A DNA stretch of 64,000 bases from Octopus sinensis (GCF_006345805.1 NC_042999.1:129208001-129272000); one strand, 5' to 3'. Shown: positions 24,223-38,574, counted from the stretch's first letter. The notes: generated from the letters alone by a model not told the origin. Program-made: numbers and translations.

Positions 24223-25788
24223 TTAAAGTGTTGAATGAAAGAGAAATTACAAAAATTGTAATCAAACATGAAAAGAAAAGTAAAGAAAGGCTAACATTCT
24301 TAAATGGTATCTATATTTGATGGAATATGAGGCATCATCTAATCTCTGAAAGACTATATAATCTTTTTTATTCAAAACTAATTTTGCTTAGTTAATATTT
24401 CCTGTGTTTATGCAAGGTTTAACAATCTCCTTTACCTCAATCAAACTAATAAATAAGCCCTAAATTTTTCAGTCCAGTAGTTAGCAATGCAAAAAGCATC
24501 CAGCTAAAATATTCAAGTATCAACATTTTCAAAACCATCCACCATTCACTCAAAACTAGTGTATAAAAATAAATGCAACACAGAGAAATAAAAATCTCAT
24601 GGATGAAAATTCCTTTAATGAAAACCTTTATATTTCATTTAGTCAAAAATTGGTGAAGTGAACAAAAATTATTAGTTTCTTAAAAGAAAATAAATTGGCT
24701 TATTAGTTAGAAATTGAACCAATTCCTGTTGCCAAAATAGTTTTAATGGTGCTGCAACATCTCGTTATATAAACTACACTAGGTGAAAAATGAAACAGAA
24801 CAGAATTTATTTTCTGATCTTGGGGAAAAAATAATTACATGCTATTTTTCACTTATACTGAATTCAAAATTTTTTTAAAAACTTATACATGAAAAAATAA
24901 AATGTTAATGTTGTAAGCGCACAAAATAAATAAAATGAGTAAAAGTTTCTCAGAAGTAAATGAGAATAAGAAAAGTTTAGGAAACATGAAGTCAAATGGT
25001 AAAGTAAAAGCACTCTTATAAAATAATACAAAATTGGTTTCATTTAAAAGATCAATTTCCTATGTCTTTCTGAATGCTTATACTTCTATGATTATAATAA
25101 TGATTCCTTAACATGGGCACAAGGCCACAATTTTTTCTATTTAAATTGTGGGCGGGGGTGGGGAGTAGACAGTTGATTATATCAATTCCAGGGCTTCAAT
25201 AATTTTTTTTATCAATCATGGAAGGATAAAAGGCTAAGTCAGTCCTTAGAGGATTTGAATTCAAAGCATACAAACTTAACTACAGGTTTTCCTCCTCAAA
25301 TTCATCGTTATCAACCTCAGTTATATCAATATCAAATTCATCGTTGTCAGCATCAATTTCATTATCTTCAGCCTCAATTATGTTGTCATCTATCTTGATT
25401 TTGTCATTTTCAACTTCAATTTAAATGTCATCAGTGTAGGGCAGAGTAAATTTTTTTTTTATAAACAGGTATTGATATCAGTGATTACTTGTTAAAGAAT
25501 TATAAAAGAGTATAAACAGTAAAAAGTTTTGTAAACTATTACAAATTTTGTATAATAAAAATTGTCACACCTTACATTACCATAAATATACATATAGTTA
25601 GTGTATTAGGTATAAAATTACATTACTATACTGCATCCTGAAACAGCACATATTCTCTCTTAATGACCCCATAAGCTTGCTAGCATCCAATATGTAGAGC
25701 TTTCAACTAGTAGCTCTTGCATCCACAAGTTGTTTGTAAAAAAATCATGTACAACACAACAAAAGCAAATATCAATTTACCTTCTTAT

Positions 25789-25869
25789 TCATTATTCCCA
25801 TTTCTTAGCTCTCTTAACATATTCCTAAAAAGGGAATATGTCAAGAGAGTTAAGAAATGAGAATAATGA
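25789..25869. repeat. Hairpin with 37-bp arms, 7-nt loop and 3 mismatches
   Basis: tcattattcccatttcttagctctcttaacatattcc / ggaatatgtcaagagagttaagaaatgagaataatga. Confidence 0.9.
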
Positions 25870-25899
25870 GTAAAAGGTTAAAATGATGTTATATATTTG

Positions 25900-27210
25900 G
25901 TCTTTGTCGTGTTGGTACCACTCTGTATGGAAAATGATAAGTTGAAGCTCCCCATCAGCAACCTGAGAGAAGAATTAGTGGTGACCCATGCTAAGGAATT
26001 GTTACAATACCAAGACTCCTGTGACCCTAAAGACTTTCAGGTTATCACTGAAGTGAGAACAGAACAGAAGTGGAGAGCAGGAGTGGGGCTATCAAGATGA
26101 AGTCATGGGTAAGATACAGAGTGCTCTTGGGCATCATACCTTATGGAAGGGCTGGCTTGAGTAGTAATACAACATCTCATGATGACAAGGTGAAAGGAAA
26201 GGAATGAGGTGCAAGTATTGTCTGAGGAGGAACAAACCAACAGAAGCTGAGATGAGGCACCAGGACACCTTGCTAAGATGGAACAAAGTGGTAGCATGCA
26301 AAGTATGACCTTTGGAGAGCAGACACCAAATAGAAACTCTAATTTAGGCAGTTTATGATACCTTACCTAGTCTATCCAACTTGCTCAGCGGGGGAAAGTT
26401 GGAGTTACCAGCTTTCCCACAGTGTCTGAAGAGAGGAACCCTGGAGCATATCCTCAGTAGTTGGCCAAAAGCCCTGGGAAAGGGACATTATTGCTGGAAA
26501 CATGATCAGATTTTGATGGTCATAGCCGCATAGCCAACACCATCCAAAGTGAATTTAGCCATAGCAAGCACCTCTGTTCTACAAAGAAGATTATCACCTT
26601 TGTCAAGGCTGGTGTGAAGATGCTAGCTGTCAGGTTTGCCTCTCTGGGCCAACATGCAACAGCAAAAGATTGGGAGCTGAATGGTCAACCTGAGCAAGCA
26701 ACTGTAGTTCACAGAACTGTTGCTTCAACATCACTAAGACTGGATAGGATGCTGATCTCAAAAGCATCCAAGCAGGTGGTTCTATTAGAACTTTCTTTTC
26801 TCTGTGAGGATCACACTGGGGAGGCAAATAAGAGTAAAAGAAGGAAATATTTGGGCTGGTGGAACTATGCCAGAGCAATGGGTGGCAAGCAAAAATGATC
26901 CTATTGAGGCGAGATGCAGAGGTTGGCAGGTTAGTCCTCTCTGCAAAGAGCTTACAACATGCTGTGCATCACCGGAACAAGTAGGCAGAAGGCCATCAAG
27001 GCCTGTGGAGACAGTAGAGGTTGCTTTAAGGTAGCTGTGAATCAAGAGGTGAAGGCTGTGAAAGGAGCAATGCTAATTGGGTATGGACTGGGATTTAATC
27101 AACCTTGGCTGGGCCACCTGGGTGAGAGTATCCAATTTTCAAAGACTTGAAACACATAATGACCCCAGGAAACATCAGTGATGATGTGTCAAACTGCATC
27201 ACAAGATAAC
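25900..27210 (+). mobile_element. Decayed HERO-like (R2 superfamily) non-LTR retrotransposon, 3' part
   Basis: Reads AVYDTLPSLSNL...KRGTLEHILSSWPKALG.GHYCWKHDQIL (zinc-knuckle region) and TSLRLDRMLISKASKQVVLLELSFLCED...KY (restriction-like endonuclease PD..ELT motif). Confidence 0.8.
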
Positions 27211-28389
27211 ATATGGAAAAACTATACAGGTAGTTTACATCTAATGCATTAAATATATGCATATATGTGATAATGTAACATGCAAGTATTTTTATTATAC
27301 AGAACTTTTAATTCTTTACAAAACTTTTTAATTTTTACACTCTTTTACAATTCTGTGACAAGTAATCACTGATATCAACCCATTTATAAGAAAAAACTTC
27401 CATCTACAGTAATGACAATTAAGTTGTTGATAATAAAATCAAAAGTCAACAACATAATCAACACTGAAAATAATGAAATTGAGGCTGATGATGAATTTGA
27501 AGTTGACAATGACAAATTTGAAGAGGGAACTCTGTAAAAGCTCCAGGGCCTTTTATCTATGTGCCCTCTACCAAATCTCTCAATCTACTGTCCTCTCCTA
27601 TGAATATAATCAAACTAAGATCACAATTTATTTATGAAATGTTATTGTATTCTTTTAGAAAGAAAGAAAAAAAATAACTATCTGTAAATTTCAGATGGGG
27701 ATTAACAGGCTTCATAAAATACAGAAGTCTGCAAATTTTATCTATTGAAATCAGAGTCAAGACACACAAGAAGCAGTGAAATTATATATTTATATTCCAA
27801 CATCAGAATATACCTTTAATCAGTTTACCATGGATATAAGAAGGGCAGCTTAAACATAAAAATACATGACTTCATTCTGAACTCCAGAAATATTGTTGAG
27901 TTAAAAATAGTTATAAGGTTAATAAAATAATTGTAATGATGTTTATAACAATGATTATTACAAACTTACATAATGTAATTTAAAAGCATTCTCTAGATAG
28001 TTTTATTATGGACACAAGAGACAATTTAAACACAAAAATAACATTATATGATTCTATTTTAAAACTGAAAACCAGAAATGTTCAATTAAAAATAGTTATG
28101 TTATTTGGTGCAGTTGTATTTTAGAAAATTATGAGATAATATTTCTATAACAAAAGCCACATAGACAAAACATACACAGGCAAAACAAATAGAACCTTTC
28201 AAACAAAAAAAAAAGATATGTGTATTCTAGTATCCATAGTAAAGTGACTGCTTCACTTTAATCTTGTTAATTACATCACCATAATCACTGTCTTAACATT
28301 CTCTTTTCCTTGCTGGCATGGGTTGAAAGAATTTGCATTATAGTATATATTGTTACTCCTCTTAATCTTGTGTTACCTTAGCAAGTTAA

Positions 28390-28850
28390 ACTGAAGCACA
28401 ATAACTGTTGAGATTAAGATGGACTGTTAAACCACCTGAAAGCCACCTGCTAATGTGTTCCAACAATGGCACTCAACTCAAGGAGGTCAGCAATATCAAG
28501 TACCTAGGATCCTATGTTGCTGGCAGTAAAAAAGATTTCCTGATATACAAGAAACAAGCCTGAAGTGTCTGTAACAAATTTCAAAACATCTGTTAATCAA
28601 ATATTCCAAAGTCAACAAGGCTGGCCTTCTCGAAGGCATATGTAGAGAACATTCTTCTTTATAGAGTCAAAACTTAGTCTATGAAGGAGGTTCAAGAAAA
28701 CACTGGTGGTATGTACATCATGCTTGTCATGAAAGCTCAAAACATCTCATGAAGTAAGCACAAGACAAAAGCGATTTATGAACATTTCCACCCAATTCTA
28801 CTAAAGCAAAACGAATATGACAGGGTGAGAATACAGCTCCATGATAGATG
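28390..28850 (+). mobile_element. Decayed RTE-clade LINE C-terminal fragment
   Basis: LKEVSNIKYLGSYVAGSKKDF...KAYVENILLY resembles V..FKYLGS...VESILLYGSETW. Confidence 0.65.
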
Positions 28851-29565
28851 AGTGGTTTCAGGCAGATGGTTAGTATAGATACTTAAACTATCCTAGGATG
28901 ATGTAGTATATAATGTATGTATTTATGATTGGTGCACCACCAGTTTCAGATGTGAGAATTAAATTTTAGTGTCAGGTATTATGTAAAGAGTTAATCACTG
29001 ACAAAAATTATTTTCTAGCTTTCTTATTTTTCAAACTATCAAGAGCCATATTATCCAATGTATCCTTTCCTTATTTAAGATAGTAGTATATGTAGTTTGA
29101 GAGTAATGTGGATATTATTTTAAACCACACTGACCAATGTCAAGTAGCCATACTGACATTGAATTATTGACCTGAGGATACCTGAAATTGTTAGATATAG
29201 TATTTGCAGATTAATATCTCATGGTATCCTTTATGCTTAGATATCCCAAGGACAGTTTCTCCTTTCTTCAATATGGATGAAGAATTAATTGCCACATATC
29301 TCATAAAATTACCATTGCTATAATTGAAAATAGTGTATTTTCTTCCCTAATTTCATATTTAATCTGCAAATGTACAATAAACATAGAAATCCAGCCACTA
29401 TATTCACTAATCCTAGTGTTTTCAACAAGAAAATTTCAATGAACTACATGACATGAAAACAGCTAAAAGACACTACCAAAACAGAACAGGAGGAGACATG
29501 TGGGATGGAGAGATGGTGAAGAGGTCACAAGATGTGTAACAAAAGATTTCAGACAAAGAACACTA

Positions 29566-29566
29566 A

Positions 29567-29616
<50 letters not shown>
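29566..29616. repeat. (ATA)n microsatellite
   Basis: Directly visible. Confidence 0.95.
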
Positions 29617-30991
29617 GGCTGAAGTGAAGAATGAATATATAGTGCATGTGGTTAATTAGCAGGGAAAGAAATGGCCATTCCCAAATATAACAATACGGAA
29701 GAGTTAAAAATCCAATTACAGTGCTTCATATTAATAACAACCATTTGGTTAGTTACATATGTTGATAATGGTTTCTATAATCATGTAGAATTTTACATAA
29801 ATTTTAACAAAAAAATTATTGTACTTGGCTTACAGTGAAAAGTACATTACCAAAGTCAAAAATAAAACCTTTCAAACATAAAATATACTCCTGCTATTTG
29901 GAAATAATCTATTGATTATATTGGCACAGGCCTAGTAGTTAGGGTATTGCACTTATGATCACTAGATTGATTCCCAGCATGTTGTGTTCATGTGCAAAAC
30001 ACATTGTTTAGCTCTAGTGCTGTGTAGTGACTGGCATATCAAAGAATAAATCCAATGTTTCCTATGCATGTCATAAAAGTCAACTAAAAGAGTTTGAGGT
30101 AGAATTTGTACTCCAACCTTGTAAAACCCTCACCTGCAATGCCCTATGGGTTGAAGGATTGTCACCTCCATGGTGCAAAAGTGTAGGGAATTACCAACAA
30201 ATGGTGGATGCAGCAACACACTGTTACAGCACATGCCCCCACCACTACTAATTGGTAAACTTTACAGGTATACCAAGATATAAAAGGAAAATTCAAGACT
30301 GAATAAACCTGAAACACAATAAACTAAACAGTAAGTAAAATTAACAATTTTCTCATGGATTTCTTGAATACAGAAAGCAAATTAATTTAAGCAGGAAATT
30401 GTAATATAATCTTGACTCAAGTTTTCAAAATTACATTGAACTAAGAAAATTAATTCCCATCTGCAAATTGAAGTTGAAGCTGTTTTTCAAGAGTCTGATC
30501 ACTTACCTAGACCTTTCTCACACTTAAACCTAAATGATATATGAGAGAATTTTATATAAAAATACTCACATCACATAGGTAGTATGGTCACTTGGAAAGA
30601 ATATGTAAGCTACTTAAAGCTAGAAATTCATGGTAATTGGAATTGAAAAAAAAAACAGAAAAAAACTAATGGAAATTTGGCCTACTAACTGAAATGAGCT
30701 GATTTATATGACAAGTTGACTATAAACTAAATGATGACAGCAAACTAAGATGATATATCCAAACCTCAGCAATAGAGAAAGGTAGTAAAATATTTTAATG
30801 TCTAGTTTTCCAATGTGGTATCAGTTAAATCTATGGCCCAGTATCCATGGTGATGTCTCAATCTTTGCTAATCATATCAATGATGTCAAACATCTGATCT
30901 GCATAATTCCTTCCAAGTCTTCCTAAAGTTTATGACAATCCTTTATCCATCATATGCAATATATATATATAATAATACAAAGACATGTATG

Positions 30992-31023
<32 letters not shown>

Positions 31024-31050
31024 TTTGTGTGTATATATGTACGTGCATGC

Positions 31051-31091
<41 letters not shown>

Positions 31092-33299
31092 TACATGCAT
31101 GTGTGTGTATATATTGTCTAACCTCCAACCATTACCATACCTGACTGTCTGTCAATACTACCTCAGCACCAAAGATCGCTGATAATACATTCCCCCAAAA
31201 AGTGATTCTAACAAAAGACATTTTTCTTTTATTGTTCAATTAGCAAAGGAAACCAGCACTGTGAGTTTGTAAGTTATTTTCAGGCAGGAAACCTGGCCCA
31301 ATGCTTCCAAAAGAGTGGTTTCTACAGAAGGCGTCCATGGTCAGGCAGAAACGGTTCAACAGGAAGATAGATCAGGTTTACCATCAGAGAGCAGGTACGA
31401 GCTGATGTTACTTTTGCACAGTTTCTGTCTAGTAAATTCCACTCACAAGACTAGGGTTGACACAAAATTATATTAGAAGACACTTTCTCAAGGGACTACA
31501 AAGTGGGATTAAACCCGAGACCATGTAATTTATGCCGGCAACAAATATTCTCAAAAAGTGAAAGTTAAAGTCAATCACTGACCACACACAAGGTCATCAG
31601 AGGAAATTTTTGTATGTATTGTATTATGCCTCAAAACAAAAACATATTTGCCTCAGTCTACCTATACGAAAGAAACACTGTCAATTCATAGCGCAGTTGA
31701 TAAACATTAACAAAAATAATTGATCCCACTGTTTACGTTTCGCATTTGAAGAGTTATTTACACTGCTGCTTTCCATTGCTAACCCAAAAAGTAATAATAA
31801 TAAAACTTTTGCATTTTCATGTTTGAGGGGCAGAAACTATGGCACATTTAAGCATACGAAACAAATTTGTAAATTAGATTTGTAGTACTCAACACCCTTT
31901 TGACATTAGAAGCCAATGAAACACTCATCAGCAGTACAGTACAGTACTGTCACTGCTCACATCGGCTAATTATACTACCTTTTGGTACCTACTTATAGAT
32001 AGTTAAATTAGGCTACTGAGTGCTAAGTGTCTTGGTTATGGATACTATACATCTGTAATAGGATACGAAATCACCATGCCTACAGTTGGTTATCCATTAT
32101 AACAACTTGGCCATATATGAAGCTTCATTTCTAGAACTATGCCACCTGGAAACAGAAAAACACACAACTAAACTATGATATCATTATATGATGTCAGCTG
32201 ATTCAGCCAAATTTACAAGATTTTTACTCCATTTTATTGGTCTCTGCTGCTAGTGTAGTACATCTGAAATATTAACATTCAAAACTAGATGTCTAGTGTT
32301 TCTATATTCAGCACATGACTAGGTGAGGTATATAAATAGAATCACTAAGACCCTTTTTTTATTTAGCTCAGTCAACAGATTTTTTAGGCCACTCTGAATT
32401 CAAAACAAACTTCCATCTCTACAAAAGTTAAACAATACTCGAACACGCTAAATTCAAAAACATGTGAGAGGAAGAGAAAAATGGTGCCTAACTGCAACAA
32501 GAAACAATCCTTTGTATTTGAAAACCATGCTTCCCAACACCTGCTTAAAAAAAAAAAAAAAAAAAAACAATAACAATTTCTAGGACTTAATTACAATTAT
32601 TTAGGAATCTACAGAAATTTCGTTGACTAGAAATTATCCACTACATTTAAGCCCTTATGAATGAGATGAATATAAAAGCAGCAGATAACAATAGATTTTT
32701 CTGTCAACTAAACCACATGAGTATCATTAATTTTCAGTTCCTAACAATAATAAAACAATAAGGGCCTATATTTTATTGCAGTTGTAACTGAAGCTTTCGG
32801 GTCAGCCTGACCTCATGTTAATAGTAAATCATATAGAATTAAAAGATAAAATTAATTGCGTTTTCTCAATATACATCAATATTAGAATTATTGACAAAAC
32901 TGGTGAAGAACACTTAGGCACGCCGAATGCCTGCTTATAACTAAAAATGAAATTGAATAAAAGATCATTAATAATTCATCTCTTGGTAAACCAACTGCTT
33001 TCAATTTGAAATTAATATTTGTTTGTTTTTACAGAACTATTTACAATTCTGAGAAAGGCATTTATTCATAGTTATTTCAATTCTGCTATACAAAAATAAT
33101 ATTTTTTGCTTGCATTTATGAGGCTTGCCTGAAGACAACAAAGTAGAAAACTCTAACACATTTCCCGAAAGTTTCGAGAGAATTTTTTTTTTCTTTTTTT
33201 TTTGATGGAGGGAGGGGAGATTTATTTCATATTGAATGAAAATATATTCCATCATGATTATTCGTACATAAGAACAAGCTTGAAAATCAACAATGGTAA

Positions 33300-34900
33300 T
33301 TCGAATTAAGAGCAGTGTTGATCTAATGCAGGCATGCATTACATTACAAAACAGCGTATTAATTAATAACTGCTACTTTGTTTTGAATACCTAACTTCAT
33401 TACACATGAAAACATCGGCCTGGTAGGCTTCAAGAAAATATATCAACGACTTGTAACTTACTAATCGCACAAAATTTTTGAAAAATTTGCGAAGACAGAA
33501 GTTACAAAATAAAAATACTTTTTCGTTTATTAGTTTTATAATCAAGCGCTCGGCTTGAAAGGAAAAAAGAAACGGTAAAACTTTGACAGAATGGATTAAG
33601 CATATCGTTTCAGTTAGCAAAAACAAGTTAATGATAAAGGGATAAAATACTAAGTAATATTAAATTAAAGTTAATGAGGTTTAGGTTTACGAAATTAGAA
33701 ACACATAAAGGTGGGTGCATTGATAAGATGAGTATAATACAAATTGTGAATTGAATGAATGTAAACGAAAATACAATCACGGTAACAGTACTGGAGAGGT
33801 TAACGAAGTTACTTTAGAAGCATGATCCGTAGTATGATCATAAATAGACTGTATGAAAAGGAGAATAAAGGTCCTAAAAGAGGAATTGTTCGAAAACAGT
33901 TACGAATAAATGTCTATGTCAACAACTCGACAACTGCAGATAGTTTCAGTACCAGATTTGGAATGTGTACTGAAGTGGCGTGATGCTCTTTCGGAAAATG
34001 AAATATCTTATCTGTAGCACAGTAAGAGACTGATAGTATGATTACGGGTTAGAGGAAGAAATAGCTGATTTTTAAAAACTGTTCAGAGTTACAGAACAAT
34101 ATAAACATGTACACGCCTTTACGTTAAGTATGTCAAACGGTCACATATATAAACAGTTCGAACCCAGAGAACACTAATTAGCCATTCTAAATTTTCATTA
34201 TATTAAGAATGTCCACCGATGTTAATATTTCGCTTCTTGGTAATAAATACACTTTGAAGTAACTTCAATAAAAGTAAAAGATCACAGAAAAGAAAATTAC
34301 AAAATTTCGACTCACCTTTGTATGTAGAAAGACAAAACTATTTAAAAGATTAGCTAGTAAGAATGATACTAGTAAGGTCCTTCAATAAGTGGCAAAATGT
34401 TTGAAACAGAAATATGCAGAGCAAGTGAGGTATTAATAATAATTAATAATCCGCTGGGCACACGTCGTCCCATAGTAAACTGTTGGGACCACTTTTCCTT
34501 CGTACAGCCATGTCATGCTCCCCGTACATCCTTCCGTTACGAACAACTTTTAATCGCTTCACCATGATCTGGTCTAAAATGGAAACCGGCAATATTGCCA
34601 AAGAGAGCCAGCAGTGTTTAAGTACAGCTGTCGTGTTTATAATAGTATTAAATATTGCGATTTCATATGGATTCAGTGAAATTGTAATGTAGCAGCAGCA
34701 AACCACCATGTTAGCTGCGTCTCATAGTGCACAGTTCGAAAATAACATTCTGTAAAATCTATATTCTGCTATAATAAACCAGGACTATAAGAACAAGTTT
34801 TATAAAGCGTTCGACAATTGTATTCTAATAATGCTCACTACGCTATTCCTATATTCTCTATGTTCGGAAATTAAATAGCTTATTCTTTACTAGTTTCTTA
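33300..34900. promoter_or_regulatory. CpG-retaining, repeat-free segment; putative promoter or first-exon region
   Basis: CG dinucleotides are visibly more frequent than in the unique flanks. A minus-strand donor aaag|GTGAGT lies at 34316/34315. Confidence 0.45.
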
Positions 34901-35024
34901 TCAAAGTATTTAGCAGAAATGTTTCTCTCTCTTGATTGTTGTTTTTGTAAAGCTTTTTCTTTTCAATTGTCGATTGACAGATTCCTCCTTATATATATAT
35001 TTATAAATGGAGAAATGTATATAT

Positions 35025-35430
35025 ATCTTTTATCTTTTCTTTCATTTGTTTCAGTCATTAGACTGCGGCAATGCTGGGGCACCGCCTTGAAGACATTTTA
35101 GTCGAATGAATCAACTCCAGTACTTTTTTTAAAGCATGGTATTTATTCTATCGATCTTTTTTTGTTGAACGGCTAAGTTACAGTGACGTAAACACACTAG
35201 CACCGGTTGTCAAGCTGTGGTGGGGTACAAACACATATACTCACTCACAGAGAAACATATATACGACGGGCTTCGTACAGTTTCTGTCTACCAAATCCAC
35301 TCACAAGGTTTTGGTTGGCCTAAAGGTATTGGAGAAGACGCTTACCCAAGGTGCCATGCAGTAGGACTGAACCTGGAGCCATGTGGTTGGGAAGCAAGCT
35401 TCTTACAACACAGCTGTGCTTGCACTTATA
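35025..35430 (-). mobile_element. Near-complete SINE family A
   Basis: Head region (gaagcttgcttcccaaccacatgg..gggttcagtcc on the minus strand), core gcaccttgggtaag and 3' block are all present. Confidence 0.85.
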
Positions 35431-35699
35431 TAATGACAGTAATCATAAATGTTTAAGGTATAGATAGAAAAAAAACACTTTCAAATTTTCAATATTCACA
35501 AAAATTTTCAGAAAATTCGTAAAATTATTTTCATGTTGAACTAACTAAAGAATGATGTACTTTTTCTCCAAGAACTTTGCTAATATAAATCAGTAGTTTT
35601 TAATTGCTAACTAAAAAGAAAAGTAATATATCAGTAAGAATCTGTAATTTCTTAATTATTATGTAAATATTAAATGTAAATATATATAAATATAGATTT

Positions 35700-35910
35700 C
35701 AGATTTTGACATAAGGCCAGTAGTTTCAGGGGAGGAGATAAGTTGATTACATTGACCCCAGTCTTCAACTGGTACTTATTTTATGGACCCCAAAAAGATG
35801 AAAGGCAAAAGTCAACCTCTGGAATTTGAGTGCAGAACGTAAAGACAGATGAAAGACCACTAAGCATTTTGCCTGGCATGATAACAATTCTGCCAGCTCA
35901 CTGTGTTTAA
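35700..35910 (-). mobile_element. SINE family B
   Basis: Reverse complement of the family-B unit. Confidence 0.8.
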
Positions 35911-37420
35911 TAATTATAGAGATTTACATTTGCCTGAAATTTCAATCAGATTGGTCTCTTATCATGATCAGCTGATGCATTCATACATGTATACATAGTG
36001 CTAAATTGGATTCTAACGGGGAACCATTATTTGTAAACTAAGCTGGATCTTGTCCACTAGGCCAAAGGCACATTGCAGCTAAGAAACAAAGGTTCCTCAT
36101 TTAAATCATAGCAATATGCATACACTAAGGAATACCAAACTGATGAACTGATCAAAGAGTCAAACAACAATGAAGTGAATATTTTTTTAAACATAATATC
36201 TCTCCAGAGGAGGTTAATTGTCTAAAAAAATATAACATCCAACAATAACTTGTATTAAACATTTAGATATTTAGTTAGTATATCAGTAGTTAAAGTTAAA
36301 TCTTTTTCTAAATCATAAGGATCTCTAATAGCCAAAATTCAATTCGAATATCCATAACTTTAAGCATATTAAAGATAAACTTCCACTGGACTGGATGCTA
36401 GCCTATCAAAGGTAGGTAACTTTCCCAAAATGCATTTTACTAATTTCTCACTACTAAGGGAACGGAATGAATATAGAACTAAGAACCCTTCTGTGAGACA
36501 CAACTAAACAAATAACTGTGATACATTTGAACTTACAAGCTGTGATGCTGCAGCTGTCCCATGCTGTACTCACTTAGCAATCCATATTTCTGAGATGAGT
36601 AATCAGCAAATCAATTACGCTGGACAGACTAATTAATTTCATTTTTTTGGTTTTTTTTGTATTTCCCATGGTGATCAGTATAGTCTCTAGTGATCTTATG
36701 TGTGTGTTGAAACTTTTATTTTCATATATAACATATAAATATGTACATCTTTTAGAACATTGTCGTTTTATAAGATTTTGCTGGCAAATTTTAAAATTAA
36801 CATAAACATTTACTTACATGAAAGAAAATTACCAGAGAATTTTCTTCTGATTCTTCCAAATCTTTCTGTTAAAACTCTATTGAAGCCATTTGTGGGGAAT
36901 TTTTTTATCACAGCAACTGGTCGCACACCACAAGGTTTACCAGAACCTACTGAGGTGAGCCAGCATGCTCACAGTATTACCACGGGCAATAGGGAGGCTA
37001 CAGCATTGGGAAAGCCAAGTGCCCTCATGGGCATCACCTGACACCTCGGTGAGGTGAGCTGCCAACGTTGACATGTCTTATATAACAATGGCATCTTGAG
37101 TTTTGAAATAAGTTAGCCTATGAAAGTATATTTACATATCTTTTATCTTTTGTTTCAGTCTTGTGAGACTGCGGCCATGCTGAAGCACTGCCTAGTAGAA
37201 TTTTTTGTTATAAAGGGGTTGATAGAATAAGTACCAGGCTTTAAAGAAAAAAAGTATTTATTTGTTTTTTAAAGCCTGGTACTTATTCTGTCAACCCCTT
37301 TTGTTGAACCACTAGATTTCAGGAATGTAAACACAACACAAATTGTCAAGCAGTGATGAGGGACAAACATGGAAACAAAGACACACACATGCGGTTGTAT
37401 ATATATATATATATATATAT

Positions 37421-38270
37421 CATCATCACCATCATTTCACATCCATTGTCCATGCTGGCATGGTTTGGATAGTTTGACCAGGACTAGCAAGAAGCTGGAA
37501 GGCTGCACTAGACTCCAGTCTGATTTGGCATGGTTTCTATGGCTGGAGGCCCTTCCTAATGCCAACCACTCTGAGGGTGTAATGGGTGCTTTTAAGTGCC
37601 ACCGGCACGGGTGCCATTTACATGATGCCAGTGTCTGCCATGACTGTGATTTTACTTGGCTTGATGGATCTTCTTTTCAAGCACAGCATAATGCCAAAGG
37701 TCTTGGTCATTGCCTCCATGAAGCCCATCACTCGAAAGGAACTTTTCACATGCCACTGGCATTAGTCACTTTGCCTCTGTGAGGTCCAATGCTCAAAAGG
37801 TGCTTTTTACATGCCACTGGCACAGGTACCAGTTATGTGACACCAGCATCAGCCATGACTAGAATTTCACTTGGCTTGATGGGTCTTTGAAGCACAGCAT
37901 ATCGCTAAAGGTGTCAGTCACTAGTCATTGCCCCTGTGAGGCCTAAAGTTTGAAGATCATACTTCACTACCTTGTCCCATATCTTCCTGGGTCTACCTCT
38001 ACCACAGGTTCTCTCCACAGTTAGAGATCGGCACTTCTTTACACAGCTATTCTCGTCCATACACATCACATGATCATACCAGTGCAGTCGTCTCTCTAGT
38101 ACACCATATCTGATGCTTCTTATGCTCAACTTTTCTCTCAAGATGCTTACACGCTGTTGAACATGCACACTGACATTACACATCCAATGAAGCATACTGG
38201 CTTCATTTCTTTCAAGCCTACACATGTCCTCAGCTGTCACATCCCATGTTTCACTGCCATGTAAAATAAG
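37421..38270 (-). mobile_element. Older RTE subfamily 3' end (ORF C-terminus, UTR and tail)
   Basis: ORF 37914-38279 reads LHGSETWDVTAEDMCRLERNEASMLHWMCNVSVH...TCGRGRPRKIWDKVVK. Confidence 0.85.
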
Positions 38271-38292
38271 TATATACATATGTATGTGTGTA

Positions 38293-38560
38293 TCATCATC
38301 ATCATCATCATCGTTTAACGTCCGCTTTCCATGCTAGCATGGGTTGGACGGTTCAACTGGGGTCTGGGAAGCCCGAAGGCTGCACCAGGCCAGTCAGATC
38401 TGGCAGTGTTTCTACAGCTAGATGCCCTTCCTAACCCCAACCACTCCATGAGTGTAGTGGGTGCTTTTTATGTGCCACCGGCACAGGTGCCAGACGGAGC
38501 TGGCAAACGGCCACGATCGGATGGTGCTTCTTATGTGCCACCAGCATGGAGACCAGACGA
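38293..38560 (-). mobile_element. Short RTE 3'UTR end with (TGA)n tail
   Basis: Near-identical to 18161-18430. Confidence 0.9.
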
Positions 38561-38574
38561 AGCTGGAAAACACG

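Larger units (their letters stand above)
25282..27535. repeat. Diverged ~300-bp inverted repeat pair (about 25282-25620 and 27235-27535)
   Basis: For example gatatcagtgattacttgt at 25456 pairs with acaagtaatcactgatatc at 27358. The gat/gaa-rich segments also align as reverse complements. Confidence 0.8.
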
